DNA of 63,660 nt, counting the filler, from Sphacelaria rigidula (lineage: Eukaryota): the NCBI GenBank assembly GCA_964200075.2. It is 9 parts of 9 records of this genome, joined end to end, with 100 filler letters (N's around TTAATTAATTAA, not from the genome) between each part and the next. Parts side by side here need not be neighbours in the genome. Positions count along the whole stretch, not along the records: positions 21,256 to 28,240 come from CAXNAA020017079.1; positions 28,341 to 35,324 come from CAXNAA020017080.1; positions 35,425 to 42,408 come from CAXNAA020017081.1; 6 more parts are not named here. One strand, written 5' to 3'. Shown here in pieces: positions 24,501-37,175 of the stretch. Positions within the stretch are counted from its first letter, which is position 1; each line of letters starts with the position of its first letter. The notes beneath the pieces are model-generated. The model was given only the letters and a program-made list of their open reading frames with translations. It ran no database searches and had not been told where the DNA came from. The translations under genes and the position numbers were made by a program.

Positions 24501-27300
24501 GAACGGGAGGACGAAGGCTCGAGTGCCTGCGCCAGCTCCGCGTTAGCCGCCCTCACAACGTTTTGGCCGCAGGTAAATAGATACCCCGCGATCCCAAAGG
24601 TGATTACTTTTGCCCCACAAACAGGCAATCACTGGAACAAGAATGGGCGATCGCTTCACGGCAGATGTGTATCGCCGTTTCGAGAGGCCATGCACCTCTA
24701 TCGTGCGACCATTCCTTGCGCAAAGCTCCAATGTTTGGTCGTTGACATGCACGGGTCTTCCCGGCCGGCTACTGTAATCAGGTGGTGAGTTCGACAGCCG
24801 TTGAGATGCGCCGCTGCGTTTACATAACGGTGTGATGTGGCTCAACAGTAGTGTCGGACAAAGTTCTGAGTATTTGCACAAGCTTTTAAAAGGCATCTTC
24901 CTGGGGTTTTACGGAAGAAAACAGGATGGAGGGCACTCACTACTCATGGATATGAGGCCTCAGGTCTCGTATTTTCAAATCCTGCCTCGTCCATCAATGC
25001 ATCGTCCCTTCCCGACAGGGGAATATTTGGTTGACGAAAGCGGGTACCATCAATCGCTCACAGCACTTTTGACTGCCGCTCAATGGCTCCACGCAACATC
25101 ACCGAGTGGTTGAGGTACATCTTTGCTTGCGGACAGATATCTCGGCGAGAGCGGGGAGTCTGATTTGCTGCGGTGTAAAAATGAGGCTCCGCTCTCGTTT
25201 CGGGTGGCAATGGCATGTGCACCCACGCAGTACCGGGATATCTGCTCCTACGAGACCCGTGGTGGCGCCGCAATCCGGAGAAGGGCACGTATCGTGTTGG
25301 CAAACGCACAACCCTGTCTCGATCGCTCACGCCATGTCTTTTCCCGACAGCGCGTGGTGTGTTGAAAACAACCGCTCGGTCCGCCACCCAGGGAATCATC
25401 ATGGCTACGAAACCTGCGCTCTAGTGCAACTCACATCGACTTTCGCGGCACCAAGCCCAAACGTATTTTCCATCGACCGCCAGTTGCGACCCTAACGATT
25501 CGTGCCTTCGCCATGGAGCACTTCTCATCATTTTGGTCGTGGTTATTGCCATACAGCTCCCAGATGTTGACGGGTCGATAACTTGAACAATCATTTGTAG
25601 AATTCGAATAGTGCGCATGCCGGAAATACCGCATCGGTGCAAGGTCTAGGGGATGTAAGCGCGGGCTCAATCCTCCCATCTGTTGTTCCAGTGATCCGTT
25701 GGCACACCGGGACACCAAGCAGACGCGTGCGCCGTCATGCTGCCTCTATCGTATGATTGTTGATTCATCCACGCCTCGCCGTCCTTCCCCATGAAGGCAC
25801 GACAGACCGACAGCGCCATCAACAGCGACACCGCGATAGGCTTGCCGTGCAGGTGATGCAGTGGGCTGCATCGGAAAACCTCATGATCGAGCATAGAAAC
25901 TCATGTATCAGGAGAAACGTACATGAGGCGAAGCAAGATCTCATTCACAACCAAGATATTACCAGCCAGGGACCCAATGTCTCGCATTTCTCATGCATGA
26001 GGAAGGGAGGTCGGACTTACTGCACAGCAATACACCGGCCGGTCTCGCCCACACGGCGCAATACGAAGTGATTCCTGCTCGAACGTATTCGGCGATTCGG
26101 CCCATGTCATTAATACTCCATGACGCGGTTTTCGAAGCATACGTTGTTGGGAGCAATTTACACCCGCACCAAAATACAACGGACAGCGAAACCTTGACGA
26201 CTATTGTCGGCCGGCAATAGTTGCAATAGGCCTATACTATATGCAGCACACTTCCCGTCTATTGCATACTTTGACCATATTTTGTCCAAGGTGTGAACTA
26301 TTTTCAGCTTCATTCCAATGCGACAAGGAGCGGGGAAGAATGACGTACTGGACGCAGTCTGACGAGTGGGCGGTGTGCTGTGCTGTGCGGCCGGTGCGCC
26401 CACAACATGGCCTCTGAGGCTAACCAACAACCGTCACCGGCATAGACAGAGACCACGTTCTAGGCCAAGCCGCACAGCACACCACAGCCAGCGCAAGCAC
26501 GGTAGCCATTTCGATGCCATGTCGGATTTAAAGTTAGATGAGACGATGTAGACGTTTGAGGGGACCATCTCAATAGCAATGACACGGCGGCGCCAGTGTT
26601 AGAGGAGTCAGTGCCAGGGCGGGTTGCCCTTACTGGGTAAACGGCAAGCATGAGAAATCGAAAAATCCAATCGAAGGCCACACGTTGTCATCGCGAGACA
26701 TACACGGAAGGAGTAGCACGGACAACTGGTTCGGGAACGTCGGTTCTGCCGCGACTGGGCACTCAATCAATTTTGGAGCCACGGGCCAGAACGATTTTCT
26801 CGCTCAGTGAATGCTGAGCCCTCATGAACCATCTCAACCCGAAAAGTTACAAGTTCGCTCAACCTCTCTCCGTTCGATTTCAACATCATTCGATCGCTTC
26901 GGACCAGAGTTACGACCATTTCTCTGACAAATTTCATGCAACCTCCAGCCACCTCGGTAGCCTGCGCCCAAGTTTTTGGCCACTTCGGCAGTTGCAATTC
27001 TCGAGTGTACAGAATTTCAAGAGAGGCCTGCCTTTCCCGCATATCCTTCGAAGAAGTGAAGCAATTTATGTCAAGGCAACAGTTTAGGCCGTCAAGAGCC
27101 ATTTCCCACGGTAGTTTGGTCGGCGGTGGAGTGCACATCGAGACTTCAGTAGTATCGTTCCCGAGCGTTCTCTTCTTGCCCGTCATCTGTTCAATTCCTC
27201 TCGCTCTCTCTTGTTCCTTTCGTCCCTTCTTCACCATGTCACCTTCGTCAAGTTTGCTTCACGGGGGGATTCCTTGTATTTCCCACGGGGCAGGTCTATC
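21600..27300 (-). pseudogene. Heavily decayed, apparently multi-exon coding relic with Cys clusters; possibly a CxC/KDZ-type transposase
   Basis: Protein-like stretches on the minus strand broken by stops: 26767-27237, CVCQHDTCPSPDCG...CTCHCHP...LIFT...ISVRKQRC at 25099-25311, and an exon-like Lys-rich piece at ~21990-22177 bounded by AG/GT. Confidence 0.35.
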
Positions 27301-30194
27301 TCGTGACTACATTGCTGGACTCACGAGCGGATGGTCAAGTGTGCCAGACCCCCATCAAACTCGGACAGAGGTGCAACGGTATTGAAACCGGATAGGTTTC
27401 TGTGGGATAAAAAGTGGTCTGAAGACGTCCCAACGCGGGTGGTGTCGAGAACACCTCACGCTGGGAAGGGATATGGACACATATGCGCGTACAAGCACCA
27501 ACTAGTGAGAGACTGGAGTAATACCTTCGAATGACAGCATATCGTGTCCGTAGTGGCTCTATCTCACGCTTGACCGTGTGTCTCGAAAGCGTGTGTGACG
27601 ACGCCCCGGCGGATGTGGGGTAAACTGCCCCTCGGACACAAGTACGATCACAACAGACATTAAACACTTATTTGTACATGCCCTTTTCGCAATATCAGCT
27701 CATCCGTCCGCTGTGCAAATCAGAGCTGCGCGTTCGCAAGGCCACACAGGCACACACTATTGATCAGCTATTGATACCGACACATATTGTATTGGCGTGA
27801 TGACCACCCTCCAAATCTCGCCGCGTATTATGCACTTCTTCAAAGTCATGCTGAAGAGCTGAACGGTGTAGCGTATTGTGGTAGGGAAGGCGGGGTATGC
27901 TCATGATCATGCATGCCATAGTCATCAGACAATTGACCTCATCCCTACAACGCCGGGACGGGGCACGTTCGCCGGACCAGGCTTGCACTCAAACAACCAA
28001 GCGCGAAGCGCCGTGGTGTGTTCGGCGAGTCGCATGAAGGGTGAGCTGCATCCTGCCATTAATTGTTAGACCCGAAGCCTAGTGATTTATCTTGCATTTG
28101 AATGACAGGCAAAAATGAGTTGCTTTATTCTTTGGTATCGCCACTTCCAGAGGCAGACACGGCTTTTACACTGCCTCATGGGTGCATACCATATTGCATG
28201 TGCATATAATTGGGGGGGGGGGCGTACTCCTTTGTTGCTTNNNNNNNNNNNNNNNNNNNNNNNNNNNNNNNNNNNNNNNNNNNNTTAATTAATTAANNNN
28301 NNNNNNNNNNNNNNNNNNNNNNNNNNNNNNNNNNNNNNNNGGTCCCCGTTCCCCACCGTAGTACTAGTCTGGCTTAACTTTTGACGTGAAACGTGAAACA
28401 TGAAAGTGTAACGTGGTTTTTTGCCCGGGGAAATCGCTAGTTTGCGCTGTCCTATTGAAAATCTGCGCCAGGCAATCCCAATTATGCTCAATCCTCCTTC
28501 AAATCTGCTGTTTTTTCTGAAAATCTTCGACAAATGTCGGTTTTCCTGCTGTTTCATTTGCGGCCGTTTTTCTGCGCAAAAAAACGGAATTCTGCGTTTT
28601 CTGCGGCCGCAGATGGAGTCATAGCCTGATGATATCATGATGCCAGCGACACTCTGAACGCTCTCAGTTGACATACTCAATGCGCTACTTCAAGTTCAAG
28701 TTGCAGTCGAGGGGTCAGCCCCTACATGTACAGTCAAACGTTTCGTAGACGGTCCGAGATGTGCATTTGGGAGCAGGTGAGGAAACTATGCTTCCACGCA
28801 AGACTAAGAAAAGCGGGGACCACCAGCCCCCGGCACCGACACAACATCAGAGCGAGTCGCCAGCAACGTACACCAAGGTAGCACGTGCTCGAAATGCGCC
28901 TTATCTCCGGCACAGATTTGAATATACACGGTGAGTCGCGGAAATATATGGCGGCGCGGAGACAGACCGGGCATGACACACTTCAGGGCGTTGCCTATCT
29001 TAACACGTTCTTGATCGCATGCCACATCGGCGGACAACGCAAAGATCTCGACTGAAAGTTTAAAGACGAACGCAGTACTCACGAGACACTGCGTCTCCGG
29101 GGGGCCTTCGGGTTGTGCTCGGCGTTCTCCAACAGATTGCTCGAAACTCGATACGCCTGCGCGAAAAAACCATAGAGGGGAGAGTGGTGCAGGATGTACT
29201 GAGGGGTGGGGGGGGGCGAACACCACTCGCGAGTGGACGGGCGTGCCGCGGCAAGCCGGTACTACCTTACGCACACAATTTTGAGGTGACGCTTTTAAGT
29301 ACTGTTCACAGGCATATGGACATATGTACAGCATCGATCCAAACCCCCTTGATCATTTGTACAGACCTATGGGCATATAAACGCAAAAATACTCATTATG
29401 GATGGACAATGAAAGTTCTGGTTCAAATCTGTGCTGTTGTGGTATTATTTTCGCGGTGCAAATGTTGTTTCAACAACATTATATATATATGGATCGTATT
29501 TAGGCAGTTTGTATAACTGAGGTCCCCCGGCAATGTTCCTCATGACTGGGGGACTGAACGCAAGAGTATTCACGAGGCAGTTGCAACAGCTTGTCTTATC
29601 CGTCTTGTCGTGTCAACATCGCGCACCGTATCTGCGCGATGTTTTTCCTCTTGAAAAAAACAAAATGCGCAGGTGAACTCGGATGCACCTACTTGTTCCA
29701 TGGCAAATCTGCACATCGCCCGTGAGGAGTAGAGCTTGAAGATACCTTACGTGCCGGTGCTTTTACACGACGAAAAAAAACCAATCCCCTGGACATCCCC
29801 CACCCCGGCCCTACCCCCACATCACCCCACCCACCACACCTCGCACTCGTTCCCTCCAGGCGGAAAGTCACAGCCAGCGTGATCCTGATACTCGACCTTT
29901 AGTGTAGGGAAATTGTGGCGGCTGTCGGAGCGCATGCAATTACAGAGGAGTTTACGAAGGTGAATATGAACCAGCCTTGCTCCTGTTGCTGGATGCACAG
30001 TCGATGGAGCGGGCTTGCACAGTCTTGAACTTTGATTTGAACTTTTTGGAATTGTCTTCCGATTTGGCTTCCTTCAGACTTCCGTTTTTTCATTCGAGAC
30101 GACAGACGTGGCTCGTGAAAAAAAACTACCCCGCTCCTGTTCAGTGGTACAGCAGGGTCTGCCTGAACTGTATCGAGTCGCTGGTGAGGCCGCT

Positions 30195-30652
30195 CCTTAT
30201 AACAGACGAAAATAATACCCTGAAAAAGTGCTCTTTTGGAACTTTCACGTCGTTTTAGGCCATGAGAGAGAGCTAGGCGGGTTTGACACCTTGGAATGAT
30301 TTGCTCTACTCGTTGAGGGGGTTCCAGGACATTTCCTCGTTCTCCGGTGGCCGTAGTTTTTATTTCCGTCAAACAAGAATTTTGGTCCAAGAACAGTTGA
30401 AAACAGTCAAATACAGAGGAATTCGCCATATTTCTCTGGACTTGACCCTTCTTGGACAAAAGTTCTTCTTTGGCCAAAATAAAAACTGCAGCCATCGAGA
30501 AACGGGAAAATGTCCTGGAACCACCTCAATGAGTACAGCAAATCACTGCAAAGTGTCAAACTCCGCCTAGCTCTTTGTGAAGGCGTGAAACTATTATGTA
30601 AAAGCTCCAAAAAAGCAGTTTTCCAGGTTTATATTTATGTTTGTTATACGAG
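30195..30652. repeat. Large imperfect inverted repeat (~200-bp arms, ~55-nt loop)
   Basis: gagctaggcgggtttgacac...ggttccaggacattt...ggtccaagaa pairs with ttcttggac...aaatgtcctggaacc...gtgtcaaactccgcctagctc. Confidence 0.88.
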
Positions 30653-31544
30653 CTGGGCCAGCCTAAAAACATATTCAAGCTTTAAAAGTAATATCTCATC
30701 GACACAGACGAGTTGGGTCGTGATCCGCATATCGTATTAATCGTCTAACTAAGGGGAAGGCGCCCATCTGCTCAAACGTTTGGGCCCATATTTCCTTATT
30801 GATTCAACCCCATGTCTAATAATTCCTATACCTGACGGAGATGGCGTCCATACTAAAATATCTATGAAACCCCCGATCGATGCTTTCAGCGGATGACTAC
30901 GAATATTGGTGTGGACATTCTCTGGAGCAAGGGGAGACGATAGATACCCTCACCTTCACCTAATTCGTTATCTATCCCGAAATATGGCTCATAAAAAATT
31001 TCATACTAAAATCAACATATTACGAGCAGGGGCACTAGAGTCCCTATATTTGGATATCGCGTCTTAGTTTCTGAGAGTTGTTCCATAAAACTTTGTGTGG
31101 TAACCGCTAGTGCATAATAATAAAAATAAAAACGGCTTCCTACCTTTTCAATTTTCTTAATTTTTTTCCGTGCTTTTTTTAGTGAAGTTTTGAGGAGAAA
31201 CGTACGTTGCTCTCAGGCCTTATCCCAATGTTTTAGCTCAGTTTTTAGAATTGTGATTTGAAACTTAGCATGGAGAACCACGAAAGTGTTCCGGATAAAA
31301 AAGAAATGGGCCTTCATTATTTAATTGTTTTTCCAGAGGTGAGGGCGTTCTCGTAAAGAAATGGTCTTTACCACACTAGAATGCCCTAAACCAGTGAAAA
31401 AAAAATATATATATAAAAACTGACCCGCTTTGTTCTGTTGACTATGCCTTAGAGAGCGCCAACACAACATTTCAATACACGAAAACCAAACGCGGGCCGG
31501 TGAGTGGCCTTCGAAATATTGTTCCGAATTTCTACCGACACGGT

Positions 31545-31825
31545 GTTTTGAAGGCCCATGCTTCCGCCAAAATTTAGCGTTGGATCCTGAAATTTGGTAT
31601 GGACAACGATTAGGGCATGAAAAAAAAACTACCTCGGTACCAAGAGTTTTTTTTTCATGAGTTATGGGCAATAGTCAGTTTTTATGTGTCATTAAAATGC
31701 CTTCAACTCATGAAAAAAAAACTTTTGGTGCCGAGGTAATTTTTTTCTTCATGCCCTTTTTATTGTTCATTCCAAATTTCAGGGTCCAACTCTAAATATT
31801 GGCGGGAGCATGGGCCTGCAAACTT
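31545..31825. repeat. Imperfect inverted repeat (~120-bp arms, ~35-nt loop)
   Basis: aggcccatgcttccgccaa...ctgaaatttgg...agggcatgaaaaa...catgagtt pairs with aactcatg...ttcatgccct...ccaaatttcag...ttggcgggagcatgggcct. Confidence 0.9.
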
Positions 31826-34260
31826 CAAATCCGCCTCTAGGCTGGCCCAGCTCGTGAGAAGCGGCCTGAGTGGCGTGCTCGAGTAGGTCGGAGAATATCG
31901 TTTCACGGTCGACTGCAAACGTTGCGGGGTATATGGGACCGACTGAATAAATCCCGAGCTCAACCACCGACACTGCTGCTGTACCGCATTGCTGACTGCA
32001 CTAGAGTGTGACATGCGCTACATGACACAGACCATGATGCTACACACTACACTACGGTCCGAAGGGGCAGTCGGCTGCAGGAAGAGTACATACGCCTGCT
32101 CTTTCGGTCCTCACTTCAATTGTTGCCAGGGTTCGGGTGTGTGTATGCGTGTGTATGTGTTTGTATTCACACGTGAGGGGGGTGACCAGCCCATATAATC
32201 CGCACCCCATTGCGGCAACCTACGAGAAGCGACCTCAGGGCAGTTGCTGTCGCCAACACGTTTTTAGGCTAGTTTCTCCCACTCTGACGACTTCCACACG
32301 GTCGTGGCTCGCGAAGAAGTTTATGTCGCCACCACACCTCCTTGGCACTCGGCATCACCCTGGCGGGGTGGGACTTCCCAACTTTTGCGACTCGCATGTA
32401 CGTGTCCGGGGCTTCGACGATAAGCTTTGGAGATGAACACCACCGCGGAGTGAGAAAAAAGGTATCTGGAGGCAGTCCGTGCACACTTTGTTTACGGCAA
32501 TGTTTCGGCAAGGGATATGACTACACGGTCCCTCGCTTTTTCGTCACGACTGAACATTATTACAAGATCTGAGAGCACATCGAAGTAATGCAGTGCTGTT
32601 AACCCTGTAACGTACATACAGCATCTGTCAATGAGAGCTCCCCCCCCCTCCCCCGCAAGTGCCTTACGTAGTATTACATGTTGCGACAAGTCTCAGCCAA
32701 GCTTCGACCGAGAATCATCAAATTCAGAGTGCTCCTCACAGTGGTTGGTTGTGGTAAATCTCTCATGACGTCCGGATCATCATACTGCCATAGGACAGGT
32801 TCACCCTCCCAGGAGATGTCGTGATGGGTATCAGGGTGGAGAGCACGCAGCTACTGGAGATCGCTCTCGAGCTTGGTCGTCCCACGGAGCTCTTCCTCCA
32901 CAACCGCGGTCTCGAGACCGACGTTGGGGGCCGTATGGAGAGGGCCTTCCAAAAGGCTTTCATGTCGGGGATGCTCAAGTCAAGCCGATAGAGCCCTTCT
33001 GGACTCAGAACAAGGTCACAAGATTGCTCCAAGGGCTTCCTCCCTCACTAGGGCCTGGAGACTTCAAAACAGTTGTTATTCATAAACACACGGCCTTCGT
33101 TATCGGAAGTAGCCACATGCGTGAAGCATGTAATGTTTAAATCCACATAGTCTGCCGATCAGACCCGCAAGCCCGTCAACCAATAGAAAACGCCTACAGC
33201 AGATTATTCCACTTGTATACCATCATGAATCTTCACGTACGTGTACTGGAGGTGGACTACTCTACAGCACCCCCAAAACTCCGCACTACTCGAAGTAGAA
33301 AGCGAGTTTGACAAACAGTAGACACCGACAAACACGTTCATGCTACCTTTGTCCGCCCGTTGGTGACACATGACCATGCTACGTCATGTTCACAAAGAAA
33401 ATGATCATTCGCAAAACGCTGAACAACGACACTTGAACACAGCGTCCCAATCGAATTTAGTGAAGTCAATCATTTATTCCACGGCAATTTCCAGTCGTGG
33501 CATGCTCACACAAAGCAAACACACCGAGGAAAATACCGTTTCAAACCGCAGCATTCAATCATACCATGCACTCAAAGCTTGATACCGTACTTTGCCTACA
33601 ACCGTGCCCGCACCGTTTGATATAGTTCGAACTGACGCAGCTCAGAACAAATACGCGGTGCTCCTTCCAGAAAAATGGGCACACCATCCACATTCTCCGT
33701 TTTGCAGATGCGAAGCACCATGTATGCGCTTACCCAAACACTCAAAGATGTACCACAGTAAAAGATCACTGTATTCGCGTACGATTTCTTTTATCGTCAA
33801 CCTCTGGAAATACTCACGTTATACTTGTTCACGTACAAGCCTACGCATCTCGTAGTTTCCACTCATTTTCACGCCAGCAGCAGCAATCACCATCTCCTAC
33901 AGGCAGTTTCGGCAAACCGCACAATGATGATTCCAATTTTTGCGCGAAAAATGATATACGAGCTGTATTTCATTCAGCACACAGCAGTGTATTGGAAACT
34001 GAGTCACTCTGACTCTTCATCAGACACCATGCACATCAGTCACACCTGCATGCTCATATTTCACTCGGCAGCTTCTTTGCAGAAACCACCGTGTATCATG
34101 CGTGCCAACCAGCGCAACACAACAGACAGGTCCAGGAACGATGCCACCACCACCTACAATCGTTCATAAACGATTCAGGCATACAAGTCACAATGTGCTT
34201 CCTCATTCTCAACAAGCAATTCCACTAGTACTTGCTCCTTAACATCACCCAACCCGGCGC

Positions 34261-35324
34261 TCAAGGAACATCGAGCACCTCAGGTAATGCCTGCCTTGTA
34301 ATTATCCTGCGCTCCTCCTGAGAAACAGCAGCTCTCCGGCTACAATCTCGTCCACACCGTAGAGTAACATTTCCACTCCAGCAGTCGCTCCTCGCATCAT
34401 AGATGCAGCAGCTACAGCTCTCACAGCTATCCCGAAAACCAGTGTGCAATGCCCACTGCACGGCAGGTACCAAACCCACCCAGGCGTTGGCATCGAATCT
34501 TCCTCTCTGAATTATGACCTTCAAGGCATGAACAATATCACGCACCACTCGCTCACATTCACGATGTGACAACTGCGAGTTGGCCACCACGAATCTGCGA
34601 TCCATCAGCACCTTCTTAGGCACTCTCACCACACGATTCTCATACTGCGATACCGTATCGCTGACCCATCCCTCCTGCGGCCCCAGCGCTTTACACCATG
34701 TCAACACATGCTTCACCCTCGTTGCCGCCGTACAAGACTCCGCGGGCTCCAGCCGCACGAAGTCGCCCGGGTCATCCATCCTTACCAATATGTACTTGAA
34801 CCCATCTCCTTTGTCCAAGCCATTATCTCCCAGCGGACCACCCTCGCCAACAGTGAGAAAATTGAAATGAAAAACCTTCCCTGGGCGAACACCATGGACC
34901 ACCTCCTTGTGGTGACGGGCAACGCCCTCCCCCGCCTTGTATGCATTCATCCAGCGGAAACAAGACTTCTCGGGCGTTGCAATCGCCGCTCTCGCCCACT
35001 CTACCTGCAAACTGCAGTACATGAGCCCGAGCGCCACCAATGTTGCGATGCAGCGTGCCAACCACGCCATCCTGGCCGGAAAGTACACCCTCGGCCGAGC
35101 CTTTGCCTCCACAGCAGCCGGTTTGGATTTCACCTTCAAGGGCTCGACGCGATCAGGGGGATAACCATGCAGCACTCGCCTAAAACTCCTCTCTCTGTTC
35201 CGCGCAGGCTCACGAATTTGGCTCACGTCGCTATCCGATATGCCGTTACCCGCGGCGGCTTGTACTGCCTCCTCCGGCGCAACATCAAGCTCAGCAAGCT
35301 CTTGTTCCGGGGATATGCTCATCG
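34261..35324 (-). mobile_element. Ty3/Gypsy pol relic: RT N-terminus fused directly to the integrase core
   Basis: PPDRVEPLKV..KP......ARPRVY (RT start), then VFHFNFL, FKYILVRMDD, WVSD, ERVVRDIV and WVGLVPAVQWAL (rve domain). A possible LTR start TGTTAAGG lies at 34244 on the minus strand. Confidence 0.88.
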
Positions 35325-35486
35325 NNNNNNNNNNNNNNNNNNNNNNNNNNNNNNNNNNNNNNNNNNNNTTAATTAATTAANNNNNNNNNNNNNNNNNNNN
35401 NNNNNNNNNNNNNNNNNNNNNNNNCCTTCTCTCCACCTCTCGGGCGTGTACTCGTTCTCCCAGATCCAGTTGTACAGCATGACCAT

Positions 35487-35719
35487 CTACGATAGGGGGG
35501 GGGGTATGTGGGGCCGTTTTATTCCATGAAATTCTGCTTCAATCGCTCTTGAAAGCAGCCGACAGTTGTTCGAACGCGCTTGCTCCCGATAAATAACGTT
35601 TGTCCATACTGCCTTACACCGCTTGTACCCAAATACAAGCGCACCGCGAGTGTTTTAGGTCGTTTGACGCATCTATGAGCACGTTTTTTCGTGGAATCGA
35701 ACACCCCCCCCTATCGTAG
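35487..35719. mobile_element. 233-bp MITE with CTACGATAGGGGGGG / CCCCCCCTATCGTAG termini and a possible 3-bp TSD (CAT)
   Basis: Perfect terminal inverted repeat. cat at 35484-35486 and 35720-35722. Confidence 0.8.
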
Positions 35720-37175
35720 CATGGCTCATTTCGTCTTGGTTTCCTCTTGCCTCCTTCCATACTTTCTCGGCTGCTCTATCTCATCCTATTCCAGCCTGCC
35801 CTTTACCATGTTCTTCCATACAATCTTATCAACTATAGCTTGCAATCTCTTTCTTTGCATGTTCCTTACGCCGTATTATCATCTCAATTTTCTCATATCT
35901 CTGCTTGTTTTAAGTGGGTGCGTTCCCAATTCTGCTCTCAATGTTGTAGTACTCGTCGTTTCCGAGTATTCAAGTATTTTCTTAGCAGCTGTCATCTCTA
36001 CTGTTTCCAGCTTCTCCACCAACGTCACGTTCCCCTCCCATACTTTTCCTGCATATTCCAGCTTTGATGCAATCGCTTTCATCAGGATACATATCTCAAT
36101 CCTAGTATCTAGGTGCGAGTCTCCGAGTATCACGTCCATCTTGTCTATCTGTGCCTTATCCTTTTCTATTTTTTAATTTATGAGTGCATCCCAAAAACAA
36201 TTATTCAAGATCTCTATGCCAAGGTATGTGTACTGGTCTACGATCGGCAGTTCCTATTCTCCTCACTTCCATTTAAACTCTACCGGATTGTTTTTTTATC
36301 TCCGTTACAGACGAGTACCGCGTATTTCTTAACGTTCGCTGTCAATCTCCATTTCCTAGTGTGTTCTAGCGCCTTCTCTACTTGCTCCTGCAGCCCTTCT
36401 GGTGTTTCTGGTTTTCCCACAAAATAATCCGCGAACATCGATCCTGATACCATATCTCCAACCACCTTGACTCCTTGCTTTGTTGCTTCTATTGCTATTA
36501 TCAGGTCACTAATAAACACCTCGAACAAAGTAGTTGATAGCGTACATCCTTGTGCAACTCCTCATGACATACCGAAATATTTCGGTATTTCCCCGTCTAG
36601 CATCATAGCACTTTTGGCACACTCTGTCATCTTCTTCACCATTCTCCACATCTTTCCTCTGATCCCAGTTTCCCAAAAACGTCTCCACAGCCCATTTCTC
36701 TATACTGTGTCATGAGTCTTTAGTACGTCCAGAAAAAAACAGTACCTTGTCAGCCCGGAATCTTTCCTACCTTAAATAACCTTCCCTAATGTGTATACAT
36801 GGTCTAGGCAACTACGGTTTGGTCTAAATCCTGCTTACCCCTCGCTGATTTGTTCTCCCTTTTTCAGCATCATTCCTACTTCATCGTTGAGAATCTTACA
36901 CAATGTTTTTCCCTACGGTGCTCAGTAACGTTATCCTTCTATAATTCCCTGGGTCAGCCTTGTCTTCATTCTGACGATCTTCTCTTCACCTCTTGGGTAC
37001 GTACTCGTTTTCCCAGATCTAGTTACACAGTAGTATAAGCATCATATCCCCTCTCTCCCGTACTTTAGAAACTCATTCATTATTTTGTCATTTCGTCTGC
37101 TCCTGCTGCCTTTCTGTTCTGGAGTTTTGTTACGCACTCCTTCACTTCATTTCTGGTAAATTATGTCTACAATTC
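35720..37175 (-). mobile_element. LINE reverse transcriptase relic (frameshifted); a second copy fragment lies at 35425-35486
   Basis: PGNYRRITLLSTVGK, AGFRPNRSCLDH, FLDV, GVAQGCTLS..LF.VFI.DL, MFADYFVG (YADD position) and LRAELG motifs in order. Confidence 0.92.

Noticed and set aside
28804-29334. 176-aa ORF as a host exon
   Set aside because: No recognisable motif, and it shares acgccgagcacaac with a MITE interior at ~50467, suggesting repeat-derived sequence.
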